Source: Lachnospiraceae bacterium (GTDB lineage: Bacteria; Bacillota; Clostridia; Lachnospirales; Anaerotignaceae). From it: 64,000 bases of DNA. The notes under the pieces were generated by a model. That model was not told the DNA's origin, ran no database searches, and saw only the letters and a list, made by a program, of their open reading frames with translations. The DNA lies in assembly GCA_019422065.1 (NCBI GenBank), contig JAHZEA010000005.1, positions 82,941 to 146,940 of the forward strand, given 5' to 3'. Positions 47,017 to 56,830 of this stretch are shown piece by piece. Position 1 is the first letter of the stretch. Every line of letters begins with the position of its first letter. The position numbers were made by a program, and so were the translations under genes.

Positions 47017-47967
47017 TCAACTTTTATATTTTTTATAAATATATTTTCTAACATTATACTGAATGTCTTCAAGTATTTTTCTATTTGCCGCAATTATATC
47101 CGCTAACAAACCAATTACTATAATCTGCACACCCATTAATATAAGTATTGCAGCAAGTATCAATGATTGTGTATGTCCATTTCCAGCTCCAGTAAATACA
47201 AAAAATAAAAACCTAAAACCAATAGAGGCGCCGATTAAAAATATAATTAAACCAAATATACTAAAAAATTTTAAAGGTTTGTACATCATAAATGAGCGTA
47301 CTATAACGGATGCTGAACGTTTCATGTACTTCCACATGCTACTAAATAATCTTGAAGGACGTGTTTCTCCATTTGTTCTTATAGGTATAGAAGTCATAGC
47401 AATTTTATTATGACCTGCCTGAATAATAGTTTCAAGTGTATATGTGTATTCGTTTGTAACATTTATTCTTAAAGCTGCTTCTCTTGAATAAGCACGAAAG
47501 CCACTTGGCGCATCTGGAATATCTGTTCCACTTGCAATACGTACTACCCAACTTCCTAGGTGTTGGAATTTTTTCTTTTTCCACGAAAAATGCTCAGTTT
47601 GGTCTATGGGCCTTTCGCCAATTACAATGTCAGCTTTTCCATCAAGTATAGGACGAACAAGTTTTTCTATATCTGCACCACAGTACTGGTTGTCCGCATC
47701 AGTATTAACAATAATATCAGCCCCTAGATACAAACAAGCGTCAAGACCAGCCATAAAACCTTTGGCAAGTCCCTTGTTTTGCTTAAAAGAAACAACATGA
47801 TGTATTCCAAGTTCCTTTGCTACTTCTACAGTTCGGTCTGTACTTCCGTCATTTATAATTAAATACTCTATTTCATCTATTCCATCAATATGTTTAGGCA
47901 AATCATTGTATGTTATACCCAATGTTTCTTCTTCATTAAAGCATGGTATTTGAATTATAAGTTTCAT
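47017..47967 (-). CDS. family-2 glycosyltransferase with two C-terminal TM helices (polyprenyl-phosphate glycosyltransferase, GtrB/CsbB-like)
   Basis: IQIPCFNEE...INDGSTD...NTDADNQ (DxD motif), with C-terminal membrane helices. Confidence 0.85.
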   Translation of the reverse strand: MKLIIQIPCFNEEETLGITYNDLPKHIDGIDEIEYLIINDGSTDRTVEVAKELGIHHVVSFKQNKGLAKGFMAGLDACLYLGADIIVNTDADNQYCGADIEKLVRPILDGKADIVIGERPIDQTEHFSWKKKKFQHLGSWVVRIASGTDIPDAPSGFRAYSREAALRINVTNEYTYTLETIIQAGHNKIAMTSIPIRTNGETRPSRLFSSMWKYMKRSASVIVRSFMMYKPLKFFSIFGLIIFLIGASIGFRFLFFVFTGAGNGHTQSLILAAILILMGVQIIVIGLLADIIAANRKILEDIQYNVRKYIYKKYKS

Positions 47968-47981
47968 TTTTTCTCCTTAAA

Positions 47982-50096
47982 TCATTTAATATATAATAAA
48001 TATAATAAATCTTCTGAATACACAACATCACAGTTTGGATAAATATAATTAGATATAATATAAGCATCTTTTATACTTTCCATTTGTTTATCTGAATTAA
48101 TTTCAAGTAACATTAATGCCCAACATTTATTTTCACCTTTAGGTATTAATTTAAAATCTATTAATTCTTCATATTCTTTAACATTAACTGTAAAATTTAA
48201 GTCTTTTGTATCATTATTAACTGTAGCTATATATTCTCCATTTACTACTATATCAAATTCAAAATCTAAATCCTGAAAATTATCAAAATTATAGCTTAAT
48301 TTAACATTATATTTTCCGGGAGCTTTCTTAATATAAAAATCTGAAGTTTCTGAACCAAAAACAACATCATTTAGACCTAAATCACATTCTGCAACAGTAG
48401 CAGTTCCATGTAAATCCTCTAAATTTTCTGGGTCAAAACCAATTCCTATATCATCTCTATATAATGCAGCTCCAATCCATGGAGCCTGAACAGCATAACA
48501 ACCTTCTTCAATTGGTGATTCAGCAGAACCAAAATCAATTTTTATATTTTGTTCTGATACTTTTTTATAATCTATACTTTTGTAATCTCCACCTAGCCAA
48601 ACATCAACAAATGAAGTGTCTATGTTTGCATTTGAGTCTAAATATAATCTATCTTTAGGAATTGAATTCTCTACTACATATCTACATAAATAATTAAGTT
48701 TCCTTGTGTTATTTGATAATTTTTTGATATAAGATGTATCAACAAAACCACTTGTTACCATTAAAACAAACACACTTATACAAATGCCATACTTGACTTT
48801 TTTAGATTTTAGCAAATAAAATATAATAGAGTATAAGAATAATATCACTGGTAAAACTACTACATTAACATTCTGAGGTTCATATGTAAGTGAACCTTTG
48901 TTAAGAAAAATATTCCATATTGCTAGATCAAAATTATTTAAAAAACCATATGAATATAAAGATGCTGGCAAAGGTGAATAAATTATAGTCATTATCAGCA
49001 TTATAATTGATAATATAGTAGTAAAAACAATATTTTTAATTTCCATGCTATTTACCTGATTATTAATAAAATAAATAGCAATAATAATTACGTATGGCAA
49101 AATAGCACTTGTATATCTTCCATATGGAATATTAATACTTTGTATTCTATGAACTCCTGAAATAGCTACAATTCCCATTTCATACAATAAAACAATTAAA
49201 ACTAAAGGTCTTACATCCTTTTCTAAATTAGTTAAATTAAACAATGCACAAAAAAATAATGCTGTAAATATGAAGTATGATGCTGTAAAAAAATATGTTA
49301 ATTGATAAAAAACAGCTTTAATATAGTCGATAAAATTATATATGCTTACTGTTAAAAGGCTTGTCTCACTTTCATATCCAAACAAACTTCCATTAATTAA
49401 GTTTCTAGCACTCCAAAAAATAAAAAATATAGCAAAAACAAAAAGAACAAAAAGATAATTTTTCTTTTCTTTTTTATTATCCCAAAAAATATATTCAATA
49501 ATTAATGATAAAAAACATGCAATAAAAAGAATAATGCCTATTGGTTTAGTCAAATAAAAACAACCTAAACTAACCCCTAAAAATATCGCATTATTTTTAG
49601 ATTTATTTTCAATAAAATTCATAAAAAATAGTAAAGTAAATCCTAATAAAGTATAATATAATGGCTCAGCCCACACTAAAGAAATAAGCACTCTTTGTGG
49701 TAAGAATATTAAAACAATAGGCAATATATAGCATATTACCTTTTTGGTAAATAACTTCTTACAAATAAAAAACAAAGGAAATATTACAAATACATAAACT
49801 AAAATGTTAATTATTTTTATAACTTCATATGCTTTTACAGTTGATTCAGTAATAAAGGATAATGATATAACTAAAGGATATAAAGGATAGTATTGCATAT
49901 GGTTCAAAAAGCTAAAATTTTCAAATATTGATTTTGATAATTGAAAATATGTTGGCTCATCCAAAGTAATAAAAGGACCTGCAAAATACTTTGATTGAGT
50001 ATAATATAATACTACAGCGCATAAAATATAAGAAAGAAATAAAATCCTTTTTTCATTTTTTCTATCGAGAATTTTACTAATCATCTTTTCCTCCAA
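47982..50096 (-). CDS. GT-C fold membrane glycosyltransferase (ArnT/PMT_2-like) with a ~220-aa C-terminal extracytoplasmic domain
   Basis: Roughly a dozen TM helices, a first-loop TLDEPTYF (DExxY-type) motif and a soluble C-terminus. Confidence 0.7.
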   Translation of the reverse strand: MEEKMISKILDRKNEKRILFLSYILCAVVLYYTQSKYFAGPFITLDEPTYFQLSKSIFENFSFLNHMQYYPLYPLVISLSFITESTVKAYEVIKIINILVYVFVIFPLFFICKKLFTKKVICYILPIVLIFLPQRVLISLVWAEPLYYTLLGFTLLFFMNFIENKSKNNAIFLGVSLGCFYLTKPIGIILFIACFLSLIIEYIFWDNKKEKKNYLFVLFVFAIFFIFWSARNLINGSLFGYESETSLLTVSIYNFIDYIKAVFYQLTYFFTASYFIFTALFFCALFNLTNLEKDVRPLVLIVLLYEMGIVAISGVHRIQSINIPYGRYTSAILPYVIIIAIYFINNQVNSMEIKNIVFTTILSIIMLIMTIIYSPLPASLYSYGFLNNFDLAIWNIFLNKGSLTYEPQNVNVVVLPVILFLYSIIFYLLKSKKVKYGICISVFVLMVTSGFVDTSYIKKLSNNTRKLNYLCRYVVENSIPKDRLYLDSNANIDTSFVDVWLGGDYKSIDYKKVSEQNIKIDFGSAESPIEEGCYAVQAPWIGAALYRDDIGIGFDPENLEDLHGTATVAECDLGLNDVVFGSETSDFYIKKAPGKYNVKLSYNFDNFQDLDFEFDIVVNGEYIATVNNDTKDLNFTVNVKEYEELIDFKLIPKGENKCWALMLLEINSDKQMESIKDAYIISNYIYPNCDVVYSEDLLYLLYIK

Positions 50097-50217
50097 ATGC
50101 AGAATAAAGATTTAATTTAAAATATTATATAGTCAGTAAATTTATAAAATTCTATATATTCAACTAGTTTTTATAAATAAACATATTGAAATTGTTTCAA
50201 TATGTTTTTTATAAAAA

Positions 50218-51270
50218 TTACTTATAAAACCTTCTATAGTAATTCATATAGTCTTCTGAAGTTACACCCTGGAGCCAGTCCTCATTTTTTAAATACCATT
50301 GAATTGTTTCTTGTATTCCACGTTCAAATGTATACTCCGGCTTCCAGCCAAGCTGTGAAGTAATTTTAGTGTTATCAATGGCATATCTTCTGTCATGACC
50401 AGGCCTGTCTTTTACATGCTCAATTAAATCTTCCGAAGCACCAAGTTCTTTTATAATAAGCTTAACAATATCTATATTAGCTTTTTCATTGTTTCCGCCT
50501 ATGTTGTAAACTTCACCAACAATACCTTTATGCAAAACAGTTCTTATTGCGGCACAATGGTCACTTACATGAAGCCAATCCCTAATCTGCATTCCGTCAC
50601 CATATACAGGTAGATTTTTACCTGTCTTGCAGTTATTTATCATAAGCGGAATAAGTTTTTCAGGAAATTGATAAGGACCATAATTATTAGAGCAACGTGT
50701 TATGTTTACAGGCAGAGCATATGTTTCATAATATGCTCTAACAAACATATCTGCGCTTGCTTTTGATGCTGAATAAGGACTGTTTGGTGAAAGCGGTGTT
50801 GTTTCCGTAAACATTCCAGTTTTTCCCAAAGCACCATAAACCTCATCTGTTGAAACCTGTAAATATTTTACTCCAGATTTATATTCTTTTGAATACTTGT
50901 CTTGTGGATTAATTTTCCAGTGTTTCTTTGCAGTATCAAGAAGCACTTGCGTACCTAAAATATTAGTTTTTAAAAATATTTCAGGGTCTTCAATACTTCT
51001 GTCTACATGGCTTTCTGCGGCAAAATTTACAACACTATCTATATCATATTTATCAAATATGCTTTCAACAAGTCTTCTGTCGCAGATATCACCTTTAATG
51101 AATTTATATCTTTTATCGTTTTCAATTTCTTTAAGATTTTCCAGATTTCCGGCATAAGTAAGCAAATCCAAATTAACAAGAATACTAAAATCTTTTTCTT
51201 TTTCAAGCATTTGCTTTACAAAATTTGAGCCTATAAAACCAGCTCCACCGGTCACAAGTATATTTTTCAT
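50218..51270 (-). CDS. rfbB: dTDP-glucose 4,6-dehydratase
   Basis: [16 protein letters not shown] and YSASK catalytic motifs. Confidence 0.95.
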   Translation of the reverse strand: MKNILVTGGAGFIGSNFVKQMLEKEKDFSILVNLDLLTYAGNLENLKEIENDKRYKFIKGDICDRRLVESIFDKYDIDSVVNFAAESHVDRSIEDPEIFLKTNILGTQVLLDTAKKHWKINPQDKYSKEYKSGVKYLQVSTDEVYGALGKTGMFTETTPLSPNSPYSASKASADMFVRAYYETYALPVNITRCSNNYGPYQFPEKLIPLMINNCKTGKNLPVYGDGMQIRDWLHVSDHCAAIRTVLHKGIVGEVYNIGGNNEKANIDIVKLIIKELGASEDLIEHVKDRPGHDRRYAIDNTKITSQLGWKPEYTFERGIQETIQWYLKNEDWLQGVTSEDYMNYYRRFYK

Positions 51271-52148
51271 ATTTTTTCCTCCGCTACACGCATAAGATAT
51301 TTTCCATAATCAGTTTTTAACATCGGCTGAGCTAATTCAATAAGTTTTTCTTTTGTTATGTAGCCTTTTCTGTATGCGATTTCTTCAATACAAGACACAT
51401 AAAGGCCCTGGCGTTTCTGAATAATAGAAACAAAATTAGATGCCTCCAAAAGTCCTTCATGTGTTCCTGTATCAAGCCACGCCATGCCACGGCCAAAAAG
51501 CAAAACTTTTAGTTTATTTTGCTTTAAATATTCATTATTTACAGATGTTATCTCAAGCTCGCCTCTTGCAGAAGGTTTAACATTTTTGGCTATTTCTATT
51601 ACGGAGTTATCATAAAAATAAAGTCCCGGAACAGCATAGTTTGATTTTGGATTTTCTGGCTTTTCTTCTATTGAAATAACATTACCGTTTTTATCAAACT
51701 CAACTATACCAAAAGATGAAGGATTAGGCACGTTATAACCGAAAACAACTGCCCCACCTTCAGACTCAATTTTTCTTTTAGCATTTTCAAGCATTTCCGA
51801 AAATCTGCTTGCATAAAATATATTATCACCCAAAACAAGACAAACCGAATCATTACCTATAAATTTTTCACCAATAATAAATGCTTCAGCAAGTCCGTTT
51901 GGATTCATCTGCATGGCATAAGAAATATTAAGACCTAAATCAGAACCATCTTTTAAAAGCTCTGCAAAAACAGGCATATCCCTTGGTGTAGAAATAATTA
52001 ATATTTCTCTTATTCCAGCAAGCATAAGCGTTGACAAAGGATAATATATCATAGGTTTGTCATATATAGGCAAAACCTGCTTTGATACTGATTTAGTTAA
52101 TGGATAAAGACGTGTGCCGGAACCTCCAGCAAGAATAATGCCTTTCAT
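51267..52148 (-). CDS. rfbA: glucose-1-phosphate thymidylyltransferase
   Basis: [18 protein letters not shown]... Length of 293 aa fits. Confidence 0.95.
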   Translation of the reverse strand: MKGIILAGGSGTRLYPLTKSVSKQVLPIYDKPMIYYPLSTLMLAGIREILIISTPRDMPVFAELLKDGSDLGLNISYAMQMNPNGLAEAFIIGEKFIGNDSVCLVLGDNIFYASRFSEMLENAKRKIESEGGAVVFGYNVPNPSSFGIVEFDKNGNVISIEEKPENPKSNYAVPGLYFYDNSVIEIAKNVKPSARGELEITSVNNEYLKQNKLKVLLFGRGMAWLDTGTHEGLLEASNFVSIIQKRQGLYVSCIEEIAYRKGYITKEKLIELAQPMLKTDYGKYLMRVAEEKI

Positions 52149-52166
52149 AAAAGTTCACCCTTCTTA

Positions 52167-52517
52167 CTAAATTGAGTAAATGAATATTCCAATTAAAATT
52201 ACTGACATGCCAATAATTTTTTTCTTACCTATTTTTTCTTTTAAAATAAAATATCCCAATAATGTTACGAATATATATCCACTAGATTCTAATATAGGCA
52301 TTAAAGATAATGGTACATATTTTAAAGCGAACACATTTATTAATGTGCATATAAAAAATAACATATATCCTATTATAACCAATGGATTAAGATACTCAAA
52401 TAATTTGCTCTTATATTCCTTAAGTGATGAGCGTTTTAGCATAATTTGAGATATAGAAGAAATAAAAACGGCACAAATTACAACAATGGAATATTTCAAA
52501 ACATCATTCACTATCAC
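52167..52517 (-). CDS. small EamA/SMR-like 4-TM protein (ArnE/ArnF-like flippase subunit candidate)
   Basis: 116 aa, all hydrophobic helices, overlapping and paired with the upstream 114-aa paralogue. Confidence 0.6.
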   Translation of the reverse strand: MIVNDVLKYSIVVICAVFISSISQIMLKRSSLKEYKSKLFEYLNPLVIIGYMLFFICTLINVFALKYVPLSLMPILESSGYIFVTLLGYFILKEKIGKKKIIGMSVILIGIFIYSI

Positions 52518-52848
52518 TCACCACCAAATATACTCCAAATAATATAACAACAGCACCAATTATCATCTTTAAGGTTATTGCTTCATTAAAAAACAAACTG
52601 CCCCAAATCATACCCCAGATAACTACTATTGCTTTATTTGAATATGCTGTAGTTATATTCATTTTTTTTATTATTTGTTGCCAAAATATTGCATAAATGA
52701 ACAATATTAAAATAGAAAAACCATAAAATAAAAAAAACTTAAATGATAACAGCGAATATTGTGCTGCAAATTTTGAGAATACACCACATAATGAATACAT
52801 GATCAATATGATATTAAGGTATATATAATTCTTATTAAAACTTAGCAT
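52504..52848 (-). CDS. small EamA/SMR-like 4-TM protein (ArnE/ArnF-like flippase subunit candidate)
   Basis: 114 aa. Paired with 52167-52517 through a 14-nt overlap. Confidence 0.6.
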   Translation of the reverse strand: MLSFNKNYIYLNIILIMYSLCGVFSKFAAQYSLLSFKFFLFYGFSILILFIYAIFWQQIIKKMNITTAYSNKAIVVIWGMIWGSLFFNEAITLKMIIGAVVILFGVYLVVSDSE

Positions 52849-52871
52849 TTTCTCCTCAACTAATTCATATT

Positions 52872-53804
52872 CTAACGCTTTTCTAAATTTATAATTTCTC
52901 TAATTACATATTGTGGTGAATTATTAATACTTATATATATTCTTCCTATATACTCTCCTATCATGCCAAGCATGAAAAGTATAATTCCACCAATTATAAG
53001 TAAAGCAGCCATCATGGAACTCCAACCAGTAGCCACATAAGGATTAATAATTTTATTAACTATAATATAAACAACATAAATCAATCCAATTATAGAAAAA
53101 ACTATACCTGTTATTGTTGCTACTCTTAATGGTAAAACAGAAAAAGCTGTAAATCCATTTAATATTTGCTTAATTAATTTTTTTAACGTATAACCACTTT
53201 TTCCATAAGCCCTTTCCCTGTCCTCCATAGGAACATTTGCAATATTTTGAGTTGCTCTTAATATAAGTCCATCTATATATGGATAAGGATTGTCGTAACG
53301 TAAAATTTCATCAATAACAAATTTCTTCATAGCGACAAAATTAGAAAGCTGTAAATTTCTTGGTTTATCTATTAAAATATGTGCCATTTCTCCATTTACA
53401 TAACTTCCAAAATTTCTAAAAAGAGATTCCTTTTTATATCCATATTTAGCAATAGACACATCATATCCATTATAAAGCGGCTCAATTAAGTCCCATAACC
53501 TGTCAACTGGACATTGATAGTCATCATCAACACCTATTACTATATCTCCTTGACAATATTTATAACCTGCCATAAGGGCAGAGTGCTTTCCCATATTTTT
53601 AGCTAGATCTATTACTTTAATATTACTATTTTTATCAGCAAGGCCTTTTAAAACACTTAAAACATTATCAGGCGAACAGTCATTAACTGCTATTATTTCA
53701 TAACTGTATTCAGATTTTTCAGATACTTTATCTATTATTTCATCTATTACCTTTTCAACTGTAAATTCACTGCCATAGCAGGGAATAATAAAACTCAGTT
53801 TCAT
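52872..53804 (-). CDS. family-2 glycosyltransferase with two C-terminal TM helices (ArnC/GtrB/CsbB-like polyprenyl-phosphate glycosyltransferase)
   Basis: FIIPCYGSE...VNDCSPD...GVDDDYQ (DxD motif), with C-terminal TM helices and ...GEYIGRIY. Confidence 0.85.
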   Translation of the reverse strand: MKLSFIIPCYGSEFTVEKVIDEIIDKVSEKSEYSYEIIAVNDCSPDNVLSVLKGLADKNSNIKVIDLAKNMGKHSALMAGYKYCQGDIVIGVDDDYQCPVDRLWDLIEPLYNGYDVSIAKYGYKKESLFRNFGSYVNGEMAHILIDKPRNLQLSNFVAMKKFVIDEILRYDNPYPYIDGLILRATQNIANVPMEDRERAYGKSGYTLKKLIKQILNGFTAFSVLPLRVATITGIVFSIIGLIYVVYIIVNKIINPYVATGWSSMMAALLIIGGIILFMLGMIGEYIGRIYISINNSPQYVIREIINLEKR

Positions 53805-54994
53805 TTTAAATTCACCCTAATATATTTTTCCATATTGTCCATTCTATCAAGCATTTCATCCATAGATTTGTGCTTTATAATCATAGCACCTATACCAAAA
53901 CCACCATTATCAAATCTATTAACAGTTTCACCACTGTTAATAAATAAATCTGATAAAACGATGTCATCTTTAATGTCATCTGATATATATAAACTGTCAA
54001 AAATTCCATTTTCAATACTATGAACAATATAAGATGAGGCAAGTGTCTGTATAGGTTCTTCCTTAAGATCTCCACAGTCTTCACCTATAGCTGCTTTAAT
54101 AGTATATTCAGCCAAATCTACACCACTTGAATACTTTATAACATCAGTTATAAGGTTTCCTCCGTTTCTTGGGCCAATTTCTAAGATATAAACATTTTCA
54201 TCTTTATCAACTATAAAATCAAGATTTAAAGCTCCTGATTTCATTCCTAAAAGCTGCATCATTCTTTCAATTTCTTTTTTAGCTTTTATTTTTAAATGTT
54301 CTGGTAATATTGATGGATAACTCTCACCTATAGGTACAAGTCCATTGCAAAATTTTTCAAAATGTTCATTCATTAAACCAGCAAATACAAGCTTACCATT
54401 CCACAAAAATCCATCACCTGCAATCTGATATCCATCTCTAACCAAAAATTCTTCTACTATAATCACCTTAGCTCTGCTGTATTTCAACGCCTCATTATAA
54501 GCATCTTTAAATTGTGATTCATCAAAAATCTTAGTAACGCCTTTACTACCTGAAGCATCAACTGGCTTAACCATAGCAGGTTTTTTAATTTCTTTAAAAA
54601 ATGAAAATGCTTCATCATAAGATGTAAAGCTTTTACCTTTAGGGACTAAAAAACCATGCTTTTCCATAAACGGTCTAACAGAATCCTTTCTTGTTAAAAG
54701 CTCAACGGATTTATATGGATTTGTCGGAAGACCAAGTTTTTCAGCCACATAGGCTGCCGTTGGTGCTGAAACATCTGAGGCATAAGATACAATTCCGTCT
54801 ATTTTCAATTTCTTGGCCAATTCTAGAACTGCTTCTTTATCAGTTGTACTTACGTTATAGTATTCATCAGCATATTTATGTGCCGGATTATTTGGAAGAT
54901 AATCAACACTTATAGCATAATGTCCTAATCTCTTAACTGCTTTTGTTGCAGTCATTTGAAAATAGTTTCCGCCTAACAGCATCACTCGTTTCAT
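53801..54994 (-). CDS. ATP-grasp domain ligase
   Basis: 397 aa with an ATP-grasp core (KPAMVKPVDASGSKGV...IVEEF...YILEIGPRNGG). Confidence 0.8.
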   Translation of the reverse strand: MKRVMLLGGNYFQMTATKAVKRLGHYAISVDYLPNNPAHKYADEYYNVSTTDKEAVLELAKKLKIDGIVSYASDVSAPTAAYVAEKLGLPTNPYKSVELLTRKDSVRPFMEKHGFLVPKGKSFTSYDEAFSFFKEIKKPAMVKPVDASGSKGVTKIFDESQFKDAYNEALKYSRAKVIIVEEFLVRDGYQIAGDGFLWNGKLVFAGLMNEHFEKFCNGLVPIGESYPSILPEHLKIKAKKEIERMMQLLGMKSGALNLDFIVDKDENVYILEIGPRNGGNLITDVIKYSSGVDLAEYTIKAAIGEDCGDLKEEPIQTLASSYIVHSIENGIFDSLYISDDIKDDIVLSDLFINSGETVNRFDNGGFGIGAMIIKHKSMDEMLDRMDNMEKYIRVNLK

Positions 54995-55021
54995 AGCTTC
55001 ACCTCATTACATTAAACAGCA

Positions 55022-55675
55022 TCAAATTAAATCAATACTTTTCTTTCCATCAAGTGTAACACTTCGAGCTGGAACAATAACATCATTTACATTTGTACTC
55101 TTTTTTACATAAGCACCTGCACCTACAAGTGTAAAATCAGCTATTTCAATATCAGTGTTTACAATAGCACCCATACCAATAAAGCAATTATTTCCTACTT
55201 TACTATGACCGCCTATCGTGGCATTTGAAAGATAATTAAAATCTCCAACAGTAATATAATGTCCTAAAATCATATTTTCCATAAATATATTGCAAACACC
55301 TATTTTGCACCAAGGACCTATATATGTATTTGCAAGAACAATGAGACCTTCGCCAAAGTCTTCCGTTTCAATAGTTGCTTTAGGGTGTATAAAACCTTCT
55401 ACTTTGTATCCCCATTCTTTTACCTGCTTGTACACACGATTTCTTAATGTATTCATTTTTTTAAAGCCAGCAGCAATTAAAATACCATATTCACTCGCAG
55501 GATATTTTACTGAAATTTCTTCAAAAGGAACCAATGGTATATTATCAAATTCAGAATCTTTAATATATTCTTTATCAGCTGTATATGCTGAAACAATCAT
55601 ATCTGTATATTTTTCAATAAAATATCTCATCATTTTAGAAAAATCAGAATTGCCGAAAATTATAATCTTTTTCAT
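55022..55675 (-). CDS. NeuD/PglD-family hexapeptide-repeat sugar N-acetyltransferase
   Basis: N-terminal Rossmann-like KIIIFGNSDF followed by left-handed beta-helix repeats (IGPWCKIGVCNIF...VGNNCFIGMGAIV). Confidence 0.8.
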   Translation of the reverse strand: MKKIIIFGNSDFSKMMRYFIEKYTDMIVSAYTADKEYIKDSEFDNIPLVPFEEISVKYPASEYGILIAAGFKKMNTLRNRVYKQVKEWGYKVEGFIHPKATIETEDFGEGLIVLANTYIGPWCKIGVCNIFMENMILGHYITVGDFNYLSNATIGGHSKVGNNCFIGMGAIVNTDIEIADFTLVGAGAYVKKSTNVNDVIVPARSVTLDGKKSIDLI

Positions 55676-55702
55676 AATTAATTACTCCTTTTCATATTTT
55701 AT

Positions 55703-56830
55703 TTATTTATAAAAACTATAGAGCTTATCAATAATATACTCAATATCATTTTTACCTAAATTATAATACATAGGCAATCTCATAAGTCTTTCACTTTCTT
55801 TAGTTGTAAACTTATCTTCCCCATTAAATCTACCAAACCTCTTTCCTGCCGGTGAAGAGTGAAGCGGTACATAATGGAATACACTGTTTACTCCATTTTC
55901 TTTAAGGTAAGAAATCAAACGTGTTCTTTCATCTAAATCCTTACACTTAATGTAAAACATATGTGCATTATGTTCACATTCATCAGGTATATAAGGCAAT
56001 TCAATTTTATTTTCTTTTGCAAGCTCTTTTAAGCCTTCATAATACAAATTCCAGCTTTCAAGTCGATTTTTATTTATTTCATCAGCCATTTCAAGCTGAG
56101 CATATAAATATGCCGCATTCATATCACTCGGAAGATAAGAAGAACCATAATCAACCCATGTATATTTATCTATTTGACCTCTTAAAAATTTGCTTCTGTT
56201 TGTTCCCTTTTCTCTTATTATTTCTGCTTTTTCAAAGAATTTTTCGTCTTTTATAATTACAGCACCACCTTCACCCATGCTGTAATTCTTTGTTTCATGG
56301 AAACTGTAACAGCCAAAATCACCTATTGTTCCAAGAGCTTGTCCCTTATAAGTTGACATTACTCCCTGCGCTGCATCTTCTACTACAAGAAGATTATATT
56401 TTTTTACTGTTTCCATTATTTTATCCATTTCACATGATACGCCGGCATAGTGAACAGGGACAATAGCTTTAGTTTTATCGTTTATAGCAGCTTCTATAAG
56501 ATTTTCATTAATATTTAATGTATCCGGTCTTATATCTACAAATACAATTTTTGCTCCCCTTGCTACAAAAGCATCCGCAGTTGAAACAAATGTATATGAT
56601 GGCATAATTACTTCATCACCTTGTTTTATATCGCATAATATAGCTGCCATCTCCAGTGCCGATGTACAAGATGTTGTAAGCAATGCTTTTTTAGCGGAAA
56701 AGTGTTCCTCTATCCATTTGTTGCATTTTTTTGTAAACTCACCATCACCACATATTTTTTTATTTTCAATAGCTTGTTTAATATAGTCCACTTCTTTTCC
56801 TACATAAGGAGGAATATTAAATGGTATCAT
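55703..56830 (-). CDS. wecE: dTDP-4-amino-4,6-dideoxygalactose transaminase (WecE/RffA-type DegT family)
   Basis: Near-collinear with my recollection of E. coli WecE: MIPFN.PP.VG.E.DY...CGDG.FT..C..W, EVIMPSYTFVSTA, SFHETKNY and REKGTNRS. Confidence 0.9.
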   Translation of the reverse strand: MIPFNIPPYVGKEVDYIKQAIENKKICGDGEFTKKCNKWIEEHFSAKKALLTTSCTSALEMAAILCDIKQGDEVIMPSYTFVSTADAFVARGAKIVFVDIRPDTLNINENLIEAAINDKTKAIVPVHYAGVSCEMDKIMETVKKYNLLVVEDAAQGVMSTYKGQALGTIGDFGCYSFHETKNYSMGEGGAVIIKDEKFFEKAEIIREKGTNRSKFLRGQIDKYTWVDYGSSYLPSDMNAAYLYAQLEMADEINKNRLESWNLYYEGLKELAKENKIELPYIPDECEHNAHMFYIKCKDLDERTRLISYLKENGVNSVFHYVPLHSSPAGKRFGRFNGEDKFTTKESERLMRLPMYYNLGKNDIEYIIDKLYSFYK

